From a candidate division WWE3 bacterium UBA1401 (lineage in GTDB: Bacteria; Patescibacteriota; WWE3; UBA101185; UBA10185), in contig DBQF01000005.1 of assembly GCA_002305115.1 (NCBI GenBank), positions 1-53,430 of the forward strand: a stretch of 53,430 nt of DNA. Reading direction: 5' to 3'. How positions within the stretch are numbered: position 1 is the first letter of the stretch; each line of letters starts with the position of its first letter. The notes below the pieces were generated by a model. It was not told where the DNA came from. It searched no databases and saw nothing but the letters and a program-made list of their open reading frames with translations. This document shows, one piece after another, positions 1 through 9,251 of this stretch. Position numbers and translations under genes: made by a program.

Positions 1-428
1 CCTGCTGAAAGCGGTTTACGACCCGAAGGCCTTCATCCCGCACGCTGCGTCGCTGCGTCAGGCTTTCGCCCATTGCGCAAGATTCCCAATTGCTGCCTCC
101 CGTAGGAGTGAGGCCCGTGTCTCAGTGCCCCTCTGCCCGTACATCCTCTCAGACCGGGTATCCGTCATTGCCTTGGTGGGCCATTACCCCACCAACTAGC
201 TGATAGACCATAGGCTCATCCCTAACCAGAAACCCCGCTAAGCGGGGAGACCTTTAGAGTTGCCTCACCATTGGGTATTATCAAGGGTTTCCCCAAGTTA
301 TCCCCAAGTTAGGGGTAGATTCCTATGTATTACTCAGCCGTTCGCCACCCGCCAAAGGCGGGTTCGACTTGCATACTTTAGGCACGCCGCTAGCATTCAT
401 CCTGAACCAGGATCAAATTCTCATAATT
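1..428 (-). rRNA. rrs: 16S rRNA gene, 5' portion (truncated by window start; 5' end approximate)
   Basis: EUB338 site GCTGCCTCCCGTAGGAGT at 92-109. 27F-like site AGAATTTGATCCTGGTTCAG at 421-402 on the - strand. Conserved GCAAGTCGAA...TGGCGAACGG around a short h6. Confidence 0.98.
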
Positions 429-527
429 ATGAAAACTAATATCCCAACTGCACAGTGCTATAAAGCACGGCATAACTGGTTCAATTGAACCAGCCTGCCT
501 GCGCAGGCAGGGATCAAATTCTCATAA
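403..527. repeat. Duplicated 16S 5' end in the leader; the upstream copy is interrupted by a perfect 18-bp palindrome
   Basis: tgaaccag-gatcaaattctcataa at 403-426 recurs as tgaaccag (486-493) + cctgcctgcgcaggcagg (494-511) + gatcaaattctcataa (512-527). Confidence 0.9.
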
Positions 528-550
528 AAAACATTCTTTTCACTTCCAGT

Positions 551-562
551 TTGTCAAAGTGC
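551..562 (-). promoter_or_regulatory. boxA-like antitermination element in rRNA leader
   Basis: GCACTTTGACAA on the - strand between promoter and 16S; resembles the boxA consensus. Confidence 0.45.
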
Positions 563-579
563 AGAGCTTTGCATCGGTT

Positions 580-608
580 AATTTAACAATAATACTTCCA
601 GAAGTCAA
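580..608 (-). promoter_or_regulatory. sigma70-type rRNA promoter
   Basis: - strand TTGACT (608-603), 17-nt spacer ending TGt, TAAATT (585-580), directly upstream of the 16S leader. Confidence 0.8.
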
Positions 609-609
609 C

Positions 610-1911
610 CTATTCTACGCTTACAGTTTCAATGCTATCCGTCTTTAGTAACTTCCCTAATGTTTTTGGCATTAACGTCTTATTCTGTATGGGAAGACAG
701 GTGACAAGCACAATATGTAAAGCATTATATTCCGGCCAAGTGTGTACTGTAAGGTTAGATTGGGATAAAACGTAGGTTAGAGTAAGCCCCTTACCCTTAA
801 ATTTCGTTATCTTTGTGTCCACAACCGAAAGCTTGTGCAGCTTACAAAAATCTCCAAAAACTTTAGTCAGCATTTTTTTAGACTCTACAACTCTTGAAGG
901 AACATTTCTGACTTTGAACACATAGTGATCAACATAAGGGAATGTGTCTTCCACATCTTTCTCGTATGTGTAAATAGTAGTACTAACAGGCTTTTCAGGA
1001 ATGTAAGTCTGTGGAGTTACTTTTAATATATATAAAGAACTCGCACTGCCAATAGATTCTGCTCCAAAGTATCTATTAAACTTATCAATTCTGTCTTCTA
1101 CCAGAAAATTATAATCATTGATTACTTCTTGAATTTTTAAAGTCTTTTCCGGAGATTTAAAGCTATTACCAAAGCATAAAAATAAGTATTTGTTATAACC
1201 CTCCCCCAAAAGCTCCAAACTTCTGCGTACAAAGAGATCAATACCAGATCTAGTATAAGGCGGATCAGTCATTACTACATCAAACCTGGCAGTATAGTTT
1301 TCGGAAATATTTTCTCTGGCATCGTACTTAACAGTTTGAACATTCTTAATACCCAAATCAGAGCATATCTTTGTTACGGAGCTTAAGATGTCATCATCTA
1401 TGTCAAAGACTGTTATGGAACCAAACTTGTCTGTCATTAACGCGAGAGTAATTGAAACTAAATCATCATCTCCGATAAGAGCAATAGCCTTGTCTTCCAC
1501 CATACCCTTGTCCATTAAAACTTTAGCTTTAGACACAGAAGTTTTAATTGTAGCAAAAAACTGGTCATACTCTCTCTTTGGTTCTAATTTATACTTCTTC
1601 CGAATGGTGCTAAGCTTTTGTTCTAAATCAAAATCCTGATATTCTAATAATGTCCATTTGTAGGGCTTTAGATCTAAATCTTTAGGTAAGCCATCAGGCT
1701 TGAAGGTTATTGCATCACCGGTCGGGCTTTCTAAAAAATTGGCAACAGAAACTTTAAAACTGCGCAAAGTCTCTTTTGGCAAGCCCGTGGCTCTAATTAG
1801 CTCAGAACTGCTAATACCCGGATTTTCCTTTATTAAATACAAAATTCCGGCTAGTTCCGCCTTTTTGAGGTAAGGGTTTTTCAATTGAAGTCTGGTTAAC
1901 ATGTCCGACAC
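610..1911 (-). CDS. BpsA/DUF43-like aminopropyltransferase fused to a C-terminal pyruvoyl AdoMetDC (SpeD/SpeH-like) domain
   Basis: IGDDDLVS, FDID and FDVVMTDPPYT motifs (BpsA/DUF43 family). C-terminal LSQ-SNLTVHTWPE...VTC matches the AdoMetDC LAE-SHxxxHTWPE...FTC pattern. Alternative ATG start at 1902. Confidence 0.8.
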   Translation of the reverse strand: MSDMLTRLQLKNPYLKKAELAGILYLIKENPGISSSELIRATGLPKETLRSFKVSVANFLESPTGDAITFKPDGLPKDLDLKPYKWTLLEYQDFDLEQKLSTIRKKYKLEPKREYDQFFATIKTSVSKAKVLMDKGMVEDKAIALIGDDDLVSITLALMTDKFGSITVFDIDDDILSSVTKICSDLGIKNVQTVKYDARENISENYTARFDVVMTDPPYTRSGIDLFVRRSLELLGEGYNKYLFLCFGNSFKSPEKTLKIQEVINDYNFLVEDRIDKFNRYFGAESIGSASSLYILKVTPQTYIPEKPVSTTIYTYEKDVEDTFPYVDHYVFKVRNVPSRVVESKKMLTKVFGDFCKLHKLSVVDTKITKFKGKGLTLTYVLSQSNLTVHTWPEYNALHIVLVTCLPIQNKTLMPKTLGKLLKTDSIETVSVE

Positions 1912-1924
1912 GTTGGAATAATAA

Positions 1925-1949
1925 CATATTCTAGCTAAACTAGAATATG
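1925..1949. promoter_or_regulatory. Perfect 10-bp inverted repeat between divergent genes, with TAGAAT on both strands
   Basis: catattctag-ctaaa-ctagaatatg. Confidence 0.55.
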
Positions 1950-1989
1950 CCCCCTTGCCTTCTGCCTAAATACCGTTTAAAGTTCCGGC

Positions 1990-4278
1990 ATGAAGTATAT
2001 ACCAATGCTCATTGCACTATGCCTTGTTATAATTATATCTCCTAAAACGTTTGCTCAAGAACCTGTTTACGAAAACATACTAAATATAATGCATCTATCA
2101 AGTATAGAGCCCACACCTTTTGGTATATTGGTTGGAGAAAATAACGGAGCCTTCTGGATGACACCTAGACCCTACAACAGCATTTATCTCACAAGAGACT
2201 TAGGAGCTACTTGGGAAAAACTTAACTTCTCAGACATAGGCGTAACAGACATTAGTTATGAAAACGGCACTATCTATGCCGTTTCCTACTACAGCGCAGG
2301 AACAAAAGCAAGCGGGGCTTATTATTCCGATGATCATGGAGTTACGTGGACATATATTGGCAGACCTACTTCAGCCAAAAAAATACTTGCCTACAAAGGA
2401 GTTCTTTATTACGGAGGCAGTGGCGGCTTATGGCTGTCTAGAGATAAAGGTACAACCTGGGAAGTACAAATACCGGGTCAAGTTTACTCACTAGCAGCGC
2501 ATGAAGGAACTGTTTTTGTTGGCTTACTCACTAGCACATACAGATCAGTAGACAATGGACACGCGTGGCAAAAACTGGAACACCTAAACGGCATAACGGT
2601 AGATAGCTTTGCAGGATATAACAACATATTAATGGGTTCAACTCGAAACTTAGGTATTTATATATCTACTGATTATGGAGCAACATGGCACATACTTGAA
2701 TCATTAAAAGATCAATATGTACGACAGGTTGCAGCGCTTAACAACAAATTCTTTGCGGCCAGACAAATCGGTAATTCAATTAGTTACGAGATTTTGGTGT
2801 CAACAGACTACGGAAATAGCTGGCAATATACAGGCGTATCAACCGAAAGATTTGTTATGGATATGGCAGCATTTCATGGTGAACAAGAAAAGATCTTGGC
2901 TATTGACCAGTATAATGGAGTCTACGCCAGTGACATTCCCAGCTTTGTGGAAACAAAACCCTTATTGGCTATCCCCTGGCAGTACCAAGACGAAAACGAG
3001 CTTATAACCAGAATAACCGCCTACTTTGACCACCAATATCCCTTACTGGGTTATTGGAGATACCCTGAACCATCTATATATAAAGAAACAACACTAAATT
3101 ATCTGGGAAATGAAGATAAGGAACCCTATCTGTATTACAGTTCGCACGACGGCACAGACTTCTGGCTTCCCTACGGCACCCCTATTACGGCGGCTGCTTC
3201 CGGATGGGCAGAATACTTCACATGCGGCGGATGTGGGCACTCCATTAGAATAAAACACCCCAGCGGTTACGAAACTATATATATGCACTTTCAAAACGAA
3301 GGCTTAGTAACTACCAGCAGCATACCACTATGGGTGAATGAAGGTGAGCAGATTGGCGTTGTGGGCATGACAGGAAATACTACAGGCCCACACCTTCATT
3401 TTGCTGTTATTAAAGATCAAGACCCAGACGGCAGAGTAGACCCGTTTGGTTGGCAAGGCTCTGCCCTTGCAGATCCATGGTGGGGGCACACCTGGACAGA
3501 TAGCTTAGGCACACACACCGGAGCAAAGAGCATTTATTTATGGAAAGTATATCCACAAGAAATCAGAGATTACATTAATAGCACAATCAAGACTGTGGAA
3601 TTCCAAAATAAAAAAGTAACTATACAGACAGATGAAAGCTTAACAGTAATAATAAAGCCTTATATTATGCCCATACTTTATAAGTACCAGAATAATTTGG
3701 CATATGTATTTAATACTTCGTTTGTAATTAATCTAGTAGATTATCTAGGCAAAACAAAAGACACACTTGCCAAGGCAGCCACTTTGGAAATAGCGCTGCC
3801 AGCAGAAATAATTGATAAGTTTGTTAGAGATACACTTAAAATAAACTTCTTCAGCGAAACAACCAACACCTGGGAAGAACTACCTACTATTCTAGACGAG
3901 GCAGCCTCAACGGTAAGGGCACAAACAACCCACTTCAGCAAATTTGCAGTGTTTGGTAAAAAACTTGTCACCCCACCTGAAACAACACATACTCTTGAAG
4001 GGGCAACTGAAAAAGGCTGGTTTACAACCTACCCAGTCCTTAGCTTGGCAACTAGTGACCCCACAGACACAATTTTCTTTGCAACGGAAAATGAAGTGTG
4101 GCACACATATACCCAGCCGGTCACACTAGAAAAAGAGGGTAAATACACACTTTCTTATAGGGCAATGGATACAGCAGAAAACATCGAGTCAGTAAAAACA
4201 ATTATAGTTAGAACAGATACACAAGGCGTGTTTAAAAAAACTTTAAAAATAGTTAATTCAGAATTTAACCTGCAATAA
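1990..4278 (+). CDS. Secreted BNR/YCF48-like beta-propeller + M23 metallopeptidase + HFS-motif beta domain + OmpL47-like Ig domain
   Basis: Signal peptide. Repeated SxDxGxTW boxes. M23 zinc motifs HDGTD (3145-3159) and HLH (3391-3399). THFS at 3928-3939. C-terminal YRAMDTAENIE pattern. Confidence 0.8.
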   Translation: MKYIPMLIALCLVIIISPKTFAQEPVYENILNIMHLSSIEPTPFGILVGENNGAFWMTPRPYNSIYLTRDLGATWEKLNFSDIGVTDISYENGTIYAVSYYSAGTKASGAYYSDDHGVTWTYIGRPTSAKKILAYKGVLYYGGSGGLWLSRDKGTTWEVQIPGQVYSLAAHEGTVFVGLLTSTYRSVDNGHAWQKLEHLNGITVDSFAGYNNILMGSTRNLGIYISTDYGATWHILESLKDQYVRQVAALNNKFFAARQIGNSISYEILVSTDYGNSWQYTGVSTERFVMDMAAFHGEQEKILAIDQYNGVYASDIPSFVETKPLLAIPWQYQDENELITRITAYFDHQYPLLGYWRYPEPSIYKETTLNYLGNEDKEPYLYYSSHDGTDFWLPYGTPITAAASGWAEYFTCGGCGHSIRIKHPSGYETIYMHFQNEGLVTTSSIPLWVNEGEQIGVVGMTGNTTGPHLHFAVIKDQDPDGRVDPFGWQGSALADPWWGHTWTDSLGTHTGAKSIYLWKVYPQEIRDYINSTIKTVEFQNKKVTIQTDESLTVIIKPYIMPILYKYQNNLAYVFNTSFVINLVDYLGKTKDTLAKAATLEIALPAEIIDKFVRDTLKINFFSETTNTWEELPTILDEAASTVRAQTTHFSKFAVFGKKLVTPPETTHTLEGATEKGWFTTYPVLSLATSDPTDTIFFATENEVWHTYTQPVTLEKEGKYTLSYRAMDTAENIESVKTIIVRTDTQGVFKKTLKIVNSEFNLQ

Positions 4279-5320
4279 TTCCACCACCCAAACACTCGTC
4301 ACCTAGATAAAAAACAGCGCTTTGACCCGGAGCCACACCAAAAACAGGATCGGCTAGTGCTACTTTATTTGTTTCATCAAGCACAGCAGCATAAATTTCA
4401 CCCAAGTGCCTTATTCGCACACCACATGTGAGGGGTAATTCAGGAACATTTGCTATCCAGTGTAAATCCTCTACCAAAAACTCATTCCTTAAAACTTCCT
4501 TAGTAGGGCCAACAAAAAGCTGGTTGCGTTCAACATTTTTGCCAACCACATACATAGGCAGCCCAGTATAAATATCAAGCTTAAACCCATGCCGCTGGCC
4601 AATAGTATAAAACCATACTCCTTCATGCTTACCTATTACATTACCTTCTACATCCAGAACATCCCCCTCTTTTACTTCCAGCTTTTTCTTTAGAAATTCC
4701 TTAATGTCAACTTCTCCTATAAAACAAATCCCCACACTATCCGGTTTATCAAAGTTGTGCAAACCTGCTTCTTTGCCAAGCTCACGCACTTCTTCCTTAT
4801 ACATGGCACCAACGGGAAAGATTGCTTTAGAAAGTTGTGCCTGGTTGAGTGGGTATAAAAAATAAGACTGGTCTTTAGAGCTATCTATTCCTTTAAATAA
4901 GTGAAATTTACCATCTTTCTCAGTTACTCGAGCATAATGGCCGGTAGCAATAGCATTGAAACCATTGTTCATAGCCCAATCTAAAAATAAACCGAACTTT
5001 ATCTCTTTATTGCACATGATATCGGGGTTAGGGGTACGACCGGAAGCATACTCTTTATAAAAGTATTCTATTACTTTGGTTTTGTATTGCTCAATAAAGT
5101 CTAAATAAACAAATTTAATGCCAAGATGAGCACATACTTCCACAGCGTCTTTGCGCTCTTCGTCGGCTTTGCAGCCATCTGCTCTTGCTTCCCAACATTG
5201 CATATAGACACCTGTGATGTCATAGCCTTGTTCTTTAAGAAGATATGCAGAAACGGCAGAATCTACACCTCCGCTTACACCCACAGCTATTTTTTTGTTG
5301 CTAATGTTTGTTTTTTCCAC
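4265..5320 (-). CDS. mnmA: tRNA-specific 2-thiouridylase
   Basis: SGGVDS, NPDIMCNKEIKF, KDQSYFL and DSVGICFIG motifs. Start placed at GTG 5320, 6 nt after TGcTATAAT. Confidence 0.96.
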   Translation of the reverse strand: MEKTNISNKKIAVGVSGGVDSAVSAYLLKEQGYDITGVYMQCWEARADGCKADEERKDAVEVCAHLGIKFVYLDFIEQYKTKVIEYFYKEYASGRTPNPDIMCNKEIKFGLFLDWAMNNGFNAIATGHYARVTEKDGKFHLFKGIDSSKDQSYFLYPLNQAQLSKAIFPVGAMYKEEVRELGKEAGLHNFDKPDSVGICFIGEVDIKEFLKKKLEVKEGDVLDVEGNVIGKHEGVWFYTIGQRHGFKLDIYTGLPMYVVGKNVERNQLFVGPTKEVLRNEFLVEDLHWIANVPELPLTCGVRIRHLGEIYAAVLDETNKVALADPVFGVAPGQSAVFYLGDECLGGGIIAG

Positions 5321-5349
5321 GGGGGAATTATAGCAGGAATGGCCATCAG

Positions 5350-5823
5350 CTATAACTCGCAGCGGGAAACGGCACTTTGCATCGCATTTACAAGACATTT
5401 AATAATATCCAAAGCTTCTTCATAAGAAAGCCGTCTAAAATTATGAGGGAAATAATGGAATACCAGATTGCGTCCACGCTTCCAGATAGCCCAAAGCTCC
5501 TCTGCCACATCCTTAGCCCCGGGTATGCCCTTAAGCCTCTTGTAAACAGAAAACTTCTTGCGCATAAACATTGGGTTCAACACCCTACCTATTCTTAATG
5601 CATCACCATAATACTCATCTTCCCTAATCAAATCCAAATCCAGAAAAAACCGCTTTAAAAACCCTTCGTACGCTTTGGAAAAAGGAAAAACCAAATAAGA
5701 ATAATCTGAAACTGTCCGGCTATCTGAGACACTAGAAAGCAAGTGTTCACCATCGGTAATTAGTCCGCGTAAATCATCAGACAAATAATCCCAAAGTGCT
5801 GAATTCTTATCTAGTATTTCCAT
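5350..5823 (-). CDS. Stand-alone HEPN-domain protein resembling the RNase LS (RnlA/LsoA) C-terminal domain
   Basis: DYSYLVFPFSKAYEGFLK plus HEPN Rx4H motif RNLVFH (5472-5455). Confidence 0.6.
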   Translation of the reverse strand: MEILDKNSALWDYLSDDLRGLITDGEHLLSSVSDSRTVSDYSYLVFPFSKAYEGFLKRFFLDLDLIREDEYYGDALRIGRVLNPMFMRKKFSVYKRLKGIPGAKDVAEELWAIWKRGRNLVFHYFPHNFRRLSYEEALDIIKCLVNAMQSAVSRCEL

Positions 5824-8284
5824 GTCTTACTAAGTGGTGCCTAAAGTTCCACTTCATAAACTCTACTACTAAAAACAGTAGCACCGAGCCCAAAACAACT
5901 AAGAACCAATAATTGCCGGGTGAAACAACTTCAAAGAAGTTTCTGAACGGCGGGGCTGCAAAGGGTAAAACTTGCATAACAATACCTATAAGTACCGCAA
6001 ATACCAACCATCTATTGGCAAATATTTTTTCTTTCCAAAATGGGTCCTGCAAAGTCCGCACAGAAAATACGTAAATTAGGGAATTAAAACCTACGGTAGC
6101 AAACGCAACGGATCGGGCAAGTATGGCGTCTTTGCCTGAGGCATAGTAGGAAATGACAAAAAGAGCAAACGCAAAAATACCACCAGAAATAGAAACAATA
6201 GCAATTAACTTTTTCATCCACAGAGAAATCAGATTTTCTTCTGGAGAACGGGGGCGTCGCTGCATAATACCGGAGGCCTTGGGATCTATAGTAAGGGCAA
6301 GCCCGGGAAATCCATCTGAAACCAGATTAACCCACAAAATCTGAGCAGCAGTTAGGGGTAAGGGTAACCGTAAAACCAAAGAAGTTACAACCACAAAAAT
6401 TTCCACAAAAGCATCACTCATTAAGTAAAGCACTACCTTGCGAATGTTATCAAAAATCCCTCTACCCTCTTCTACAGCTGAAACAATGGTAGAAAAACTG
6501 GAATCCAACAAAATTAAGTCTGCAGATTCTTTAGCTACATCAGAAGCTTCATTCACCACAATACCGATGTCTGCTTGAGAAAGCGCAGGCGCGTCATTAA
6601 CACCATCACCCATCATCGCCACCACTTCCCCATTATTTTTCAGCAAATTAACTATCTTTAGTTTCTGGTCCGGCTTAGTGCGTGCGAAAAGCATCACACT
6701 TCCGGATTTTACTCTCTGGCCTAATTCTTCATCTGACAGTTTTTCCAGATCCGTACCCAAAATAATATCCGTGGGCTCTACGGCAATTTCCAGTTGATGT
6801 AACACCGCAAGCGCGGTATTTGCATAATCGCCTGTAATAACCATTAACCCAATACCCGCATCCCTCGTTCTTCTTAAGGCATCTTTAACGTCTGGCCTGA
6901 CAGGGTCAGTAAACGCAAGTAAGCCCACCCATTCCAGATCAGATTTAACATCATGAATTTCCAAGTTCTTCTTGCTAAACGGCACTATTTTTCTTGCCAT
7001 ACCGATAATACGCTTACCTTCCATAGAAAGTTCTTCGATACGCCTTTTCAAGTTAACCTTCTCATCTTCCGATAATCTGGCATATTCCATAAGCACTTCG
7101 GGGGCACCGTTTACAAACAACATATTGTTTTCCTTACTCCAATTTGTAAGACAGGCAAAAAATTGTACGGCAGAGGAAAAGGGCAAACTATCCAATCTGT
7201 TGTGCCGCTTTTTTAAGTCTTTAACGTCTTGAATTTTTCCATTACCCCATTCCCAGGCGGCCACAACTACCGGATCATCCATATCGTTTGCCACAAGAGC
7301 CTGAAGCGCAAGTTCTATTTCATCACCAATGGCATTTACTACTTGCATTTTGCCTTCTGTAAGAGTTCCTGTTTTATCTACACAAATAGTAGTTACGCCA
7401 CCCAGAGTTTCGGCAGACACCAAATTCCTGACTAAACCTTTTCTGGCTAGAATACGCTGCATACCAATAGCCAAAACAACAGTTAAGGCAACTAACAGGC
7501 CTTCGGGAATTGCGGACACAGCGAGTGCTACCGAAGTGGTAAAAATATCGGTAGGATTCTCACCCAGCAAAAGTCCCACTACAAACACAAAAATTGTTAA
7601 GCCAAGTACTAATACAGAAAGTTGTTTACTAAACTTCTTCAATTGTTCTCTTAACGGGGTATCTTCGCTAATTTCCGAGACACTTTTGGCTATTTTACCC
7701 ATTTCCGTATCAGCCCCTGTAGACAAAATAGCTACCTTGGCAGATCCGGCTGTAACAACCGTACCCATAAATACTTTATCTTCCTGCTTTTTTTCTACCG
7801 GTACAGATTCACCGGTAAGAATAGCTTCCGAAGTAAAAAACCGAGTAGCCTCAACAATAATTCCATCGGCGGGAACTTTATCTCCTTGATGAAGCAAAAC
7901 AATATCGCCTACAACTAACGTTGCCACTTCGATAGTTTTAATCTCACCGTCTCTAATAACTCGAACGTGTGGATGTAAAAGCTTTTTTAATGCCTCTAAG
8001 GCTTTACCTGCTTTACGTTCCTGGAAATAACCCAATCCAGTATTAATAAATACGGCCAGGAAAATAATGATACTATCTGTAAGTTCACGTAAAGCTAAAG
8101 TTATCCCACCGGCAACCAATAACACATACACAAGTGGGCCTTTAAGCTGGGCAATGAATATTGCTAAATTACTTGGGGGTGGAGATTCAGGCAACGCATT
8201 GGGCCCTTGCTCCTTAAGTCTACGGTCCGCCTCCTGAGAGGTCAGCCCATTTTCTAAATCCAGGCTTTCTAGGAGTTTATACAT
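5807..8284 (-). CDS. Cation-transporting P-type ATPase (P2, Ca2+-type)
   Basis: TGES, AIPEGL, DKTGTLT and GDGVNDAPAL motifs. Confidence 0.95.
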   Translation of the reverse strand: MYKLLESLDLENGLTSQEADRRLKEQGPNALPESPPPSNLAIFIAQLKGPLVYVLLVAGGITLALRELTDSIIIFLAVFINTGLGYFQERKAGKALEALKKLLHPHVRVIRDGEIKTIEVATLVVGDIVLLHQGDKVPADGIIVEATRFFTSEAILTGESVPVEKKQEDKVFMGTVVTAGSAKVAILSTGADTEMGKIAKSVSEISEDTPLREQLKKFSKQLSVLVLGLTIFVFVVGLLLGENPTDIFTTSVALAVSAIPEGLLVALTVVLAIGMQRILARKGLVRNLVSAETLGGVTTICVDKTGTLTEGKMQVVNAIGDEIELALQALVANDMDDPVVVAAWEWGNGKIQDVKDLKKRHNRLDSLPFSSAVQFFACLTNWSKENNMLFVNGAPEVLMEYARLSEDEKVNLKRRIEELSMEGKRIIGMARKIVPFSKKNLEIHDVKSDLEWVGLLAFTDPVRPDVKDALRRTRDAGIGLMVITGDYANTALAVLHQLEIAVEPTDIILGTDLEKLSDEELGQRVKSGSVMLFARTKPDQKLKIVNLLKNNGEVVAMMGDGVNDAPALSQADIGIVVNEASDVAKESADLILLDSSFSTIVSAVEEGRGIFDNIRKVVLYLMSDAFVEIFVVVTSLVLRLPLPLTAAQILWVNLVSDGFPGLALTIDPKASGIMQRRPRSPEENLISLWMKKLIAIVSISGGIFAFALFVISYYASGKDAILARSVAFATVGFNSLIYVFSVRTLQDPFWKEKIFANRWLVFAVLIGIVMQVLPFAAPPFRNFFEVVSPGNYWFLVVLGSVLLFLVVEFMKWNFRHHLVRHGNTR

Positions 8285-8306
8285 TATCTTATGCTATCAT
8301 AAAATC
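8285..8306. promoter_or_regulatory. 22-bp bidirectional extended -10 promoter for two putative leaderless genes
   Basis: + strand TGc-TATCAT-N6-ATG(8307); - strand TGa-TAGCAT-N6-ATG(8284). Confidence 0.7.
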
Positions 8307-9251
8307 ATGTCACCTCTACTATATGTGGCTATAATCTTTATTTCAGCTTTTGTACTTATCAAAGCTGTTACACTGTTTATCGGCTCTTCAACAAAACTAG
8401 CTAAACACTTAGGCATTTCAGAATTCACTATCAGTTTCTTACTAGTTGCTATAGCCACTTCCCTTCCAGAAACAGTAGTAGGCATAACATCCGCCATAAA
8501 TGATAAAACGCTACTAGCCTATGGTGACGCAGTAGGTGCAAATATTAACTTGATAACCCTTATCCTTGCGGCACCTCTCCTATTAGGTACAACAATTTCC
8601 ACCAGATTTGTAATAAATTCTAAAGACGTCTATTACTCTATTCTCTTTGCCTTTTTGCCAATATTTCTAGCCATCGATGGAAAAATTTCCAGAGTAGACG
8701 GCATAATTCTGTTAGGATCTTACCTTGTATACACCTTTACAGTCATCAGAAGAAGCAGAGGCCTGGAAAAGCTTTTAAAAACGTTTGACCATACCAATTT
8801 GGTGAAGGAAGGCTTCTTGTTTCTTGTATCTTTAGTACTACTGCTAGGCGCCAGCGAGGGTATTGTGAAATCTGCTTTGCGCATAAGTGGCTCACTTGGC
8901 TGGGAAATCGGGTTTGTAGGGTTAACACTCACAGCGTTTGGCACATCACTACCAGAACTTGCATATGCTATTGGAACTATAAAAAGAGACCAGCAAGATG
9001 AAGTCTTAGGAAATGTGATTGGAAGTGTAGTGGTAAACTCCACATTTGTGCTGGGAATTACTTCCATGATTAGACCTATAATCCTAAAAGGGACAGACTT
9101 TGGCGCTTCCACAATTTTGTTCTTAATAGTGGCGTTACTATTATTTCTGAACTTTTCCAAAAGTAAACAAAGACTGGATAGAAAAGAAGGCGTTATACTC
9201 TTTGTTTTATATGTGACCTTTATTGTACTGCAATATAAGCTTCAGGGGTGA
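8307..9251 (+). CDS. Na+/Ca2+ antiporter (CaCA, YrbG-like)
   Basis: Two alpha repeats (ATSLPE...GAN and GTSLPE...GNVIGS); about 10 TM helices. Confidence 0.93.
   Translation: MSPLLYVAIIFISAFVLIKAVTLFIGSSTKLAKHLGISEFTISFLLVAIATSLPETVVGITSAINDKTLLAYGDAVGANINLITLILAAPLLLGTTISTRFVINSKDVYYSILFAFLPIFLAIDGKISRVDGIILLGSYLVYTFTVIRRSRGLEKLLKTFDHTNLVKEGFLFLVSLVLLLGASEGIVKSALRISGSLGWEIGFVGLTLTAFGTSLPELAYAIGTIKRDQQDEVLGNVIGSVVVNSTFVLGITSMIRPIILKGTDFGASTILFLIVALLLFLNFSKSKQRLDRKEGVILFVLYVTFIVLQYKLQG

Noticed and set aside
233-362. GC hairpins ccccgctaagcgggg and cccgccaaaggcggg as repeat insertions
   Set aside because: They fall at variable 16S helices and are explained by rRNA structure.
427-485. Self-splicing intron in the 16S 5' end
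   Set aside because: An intact, uninterrupted 5' end exists at 403-426, and the insert is too short and lacks group I/II features.
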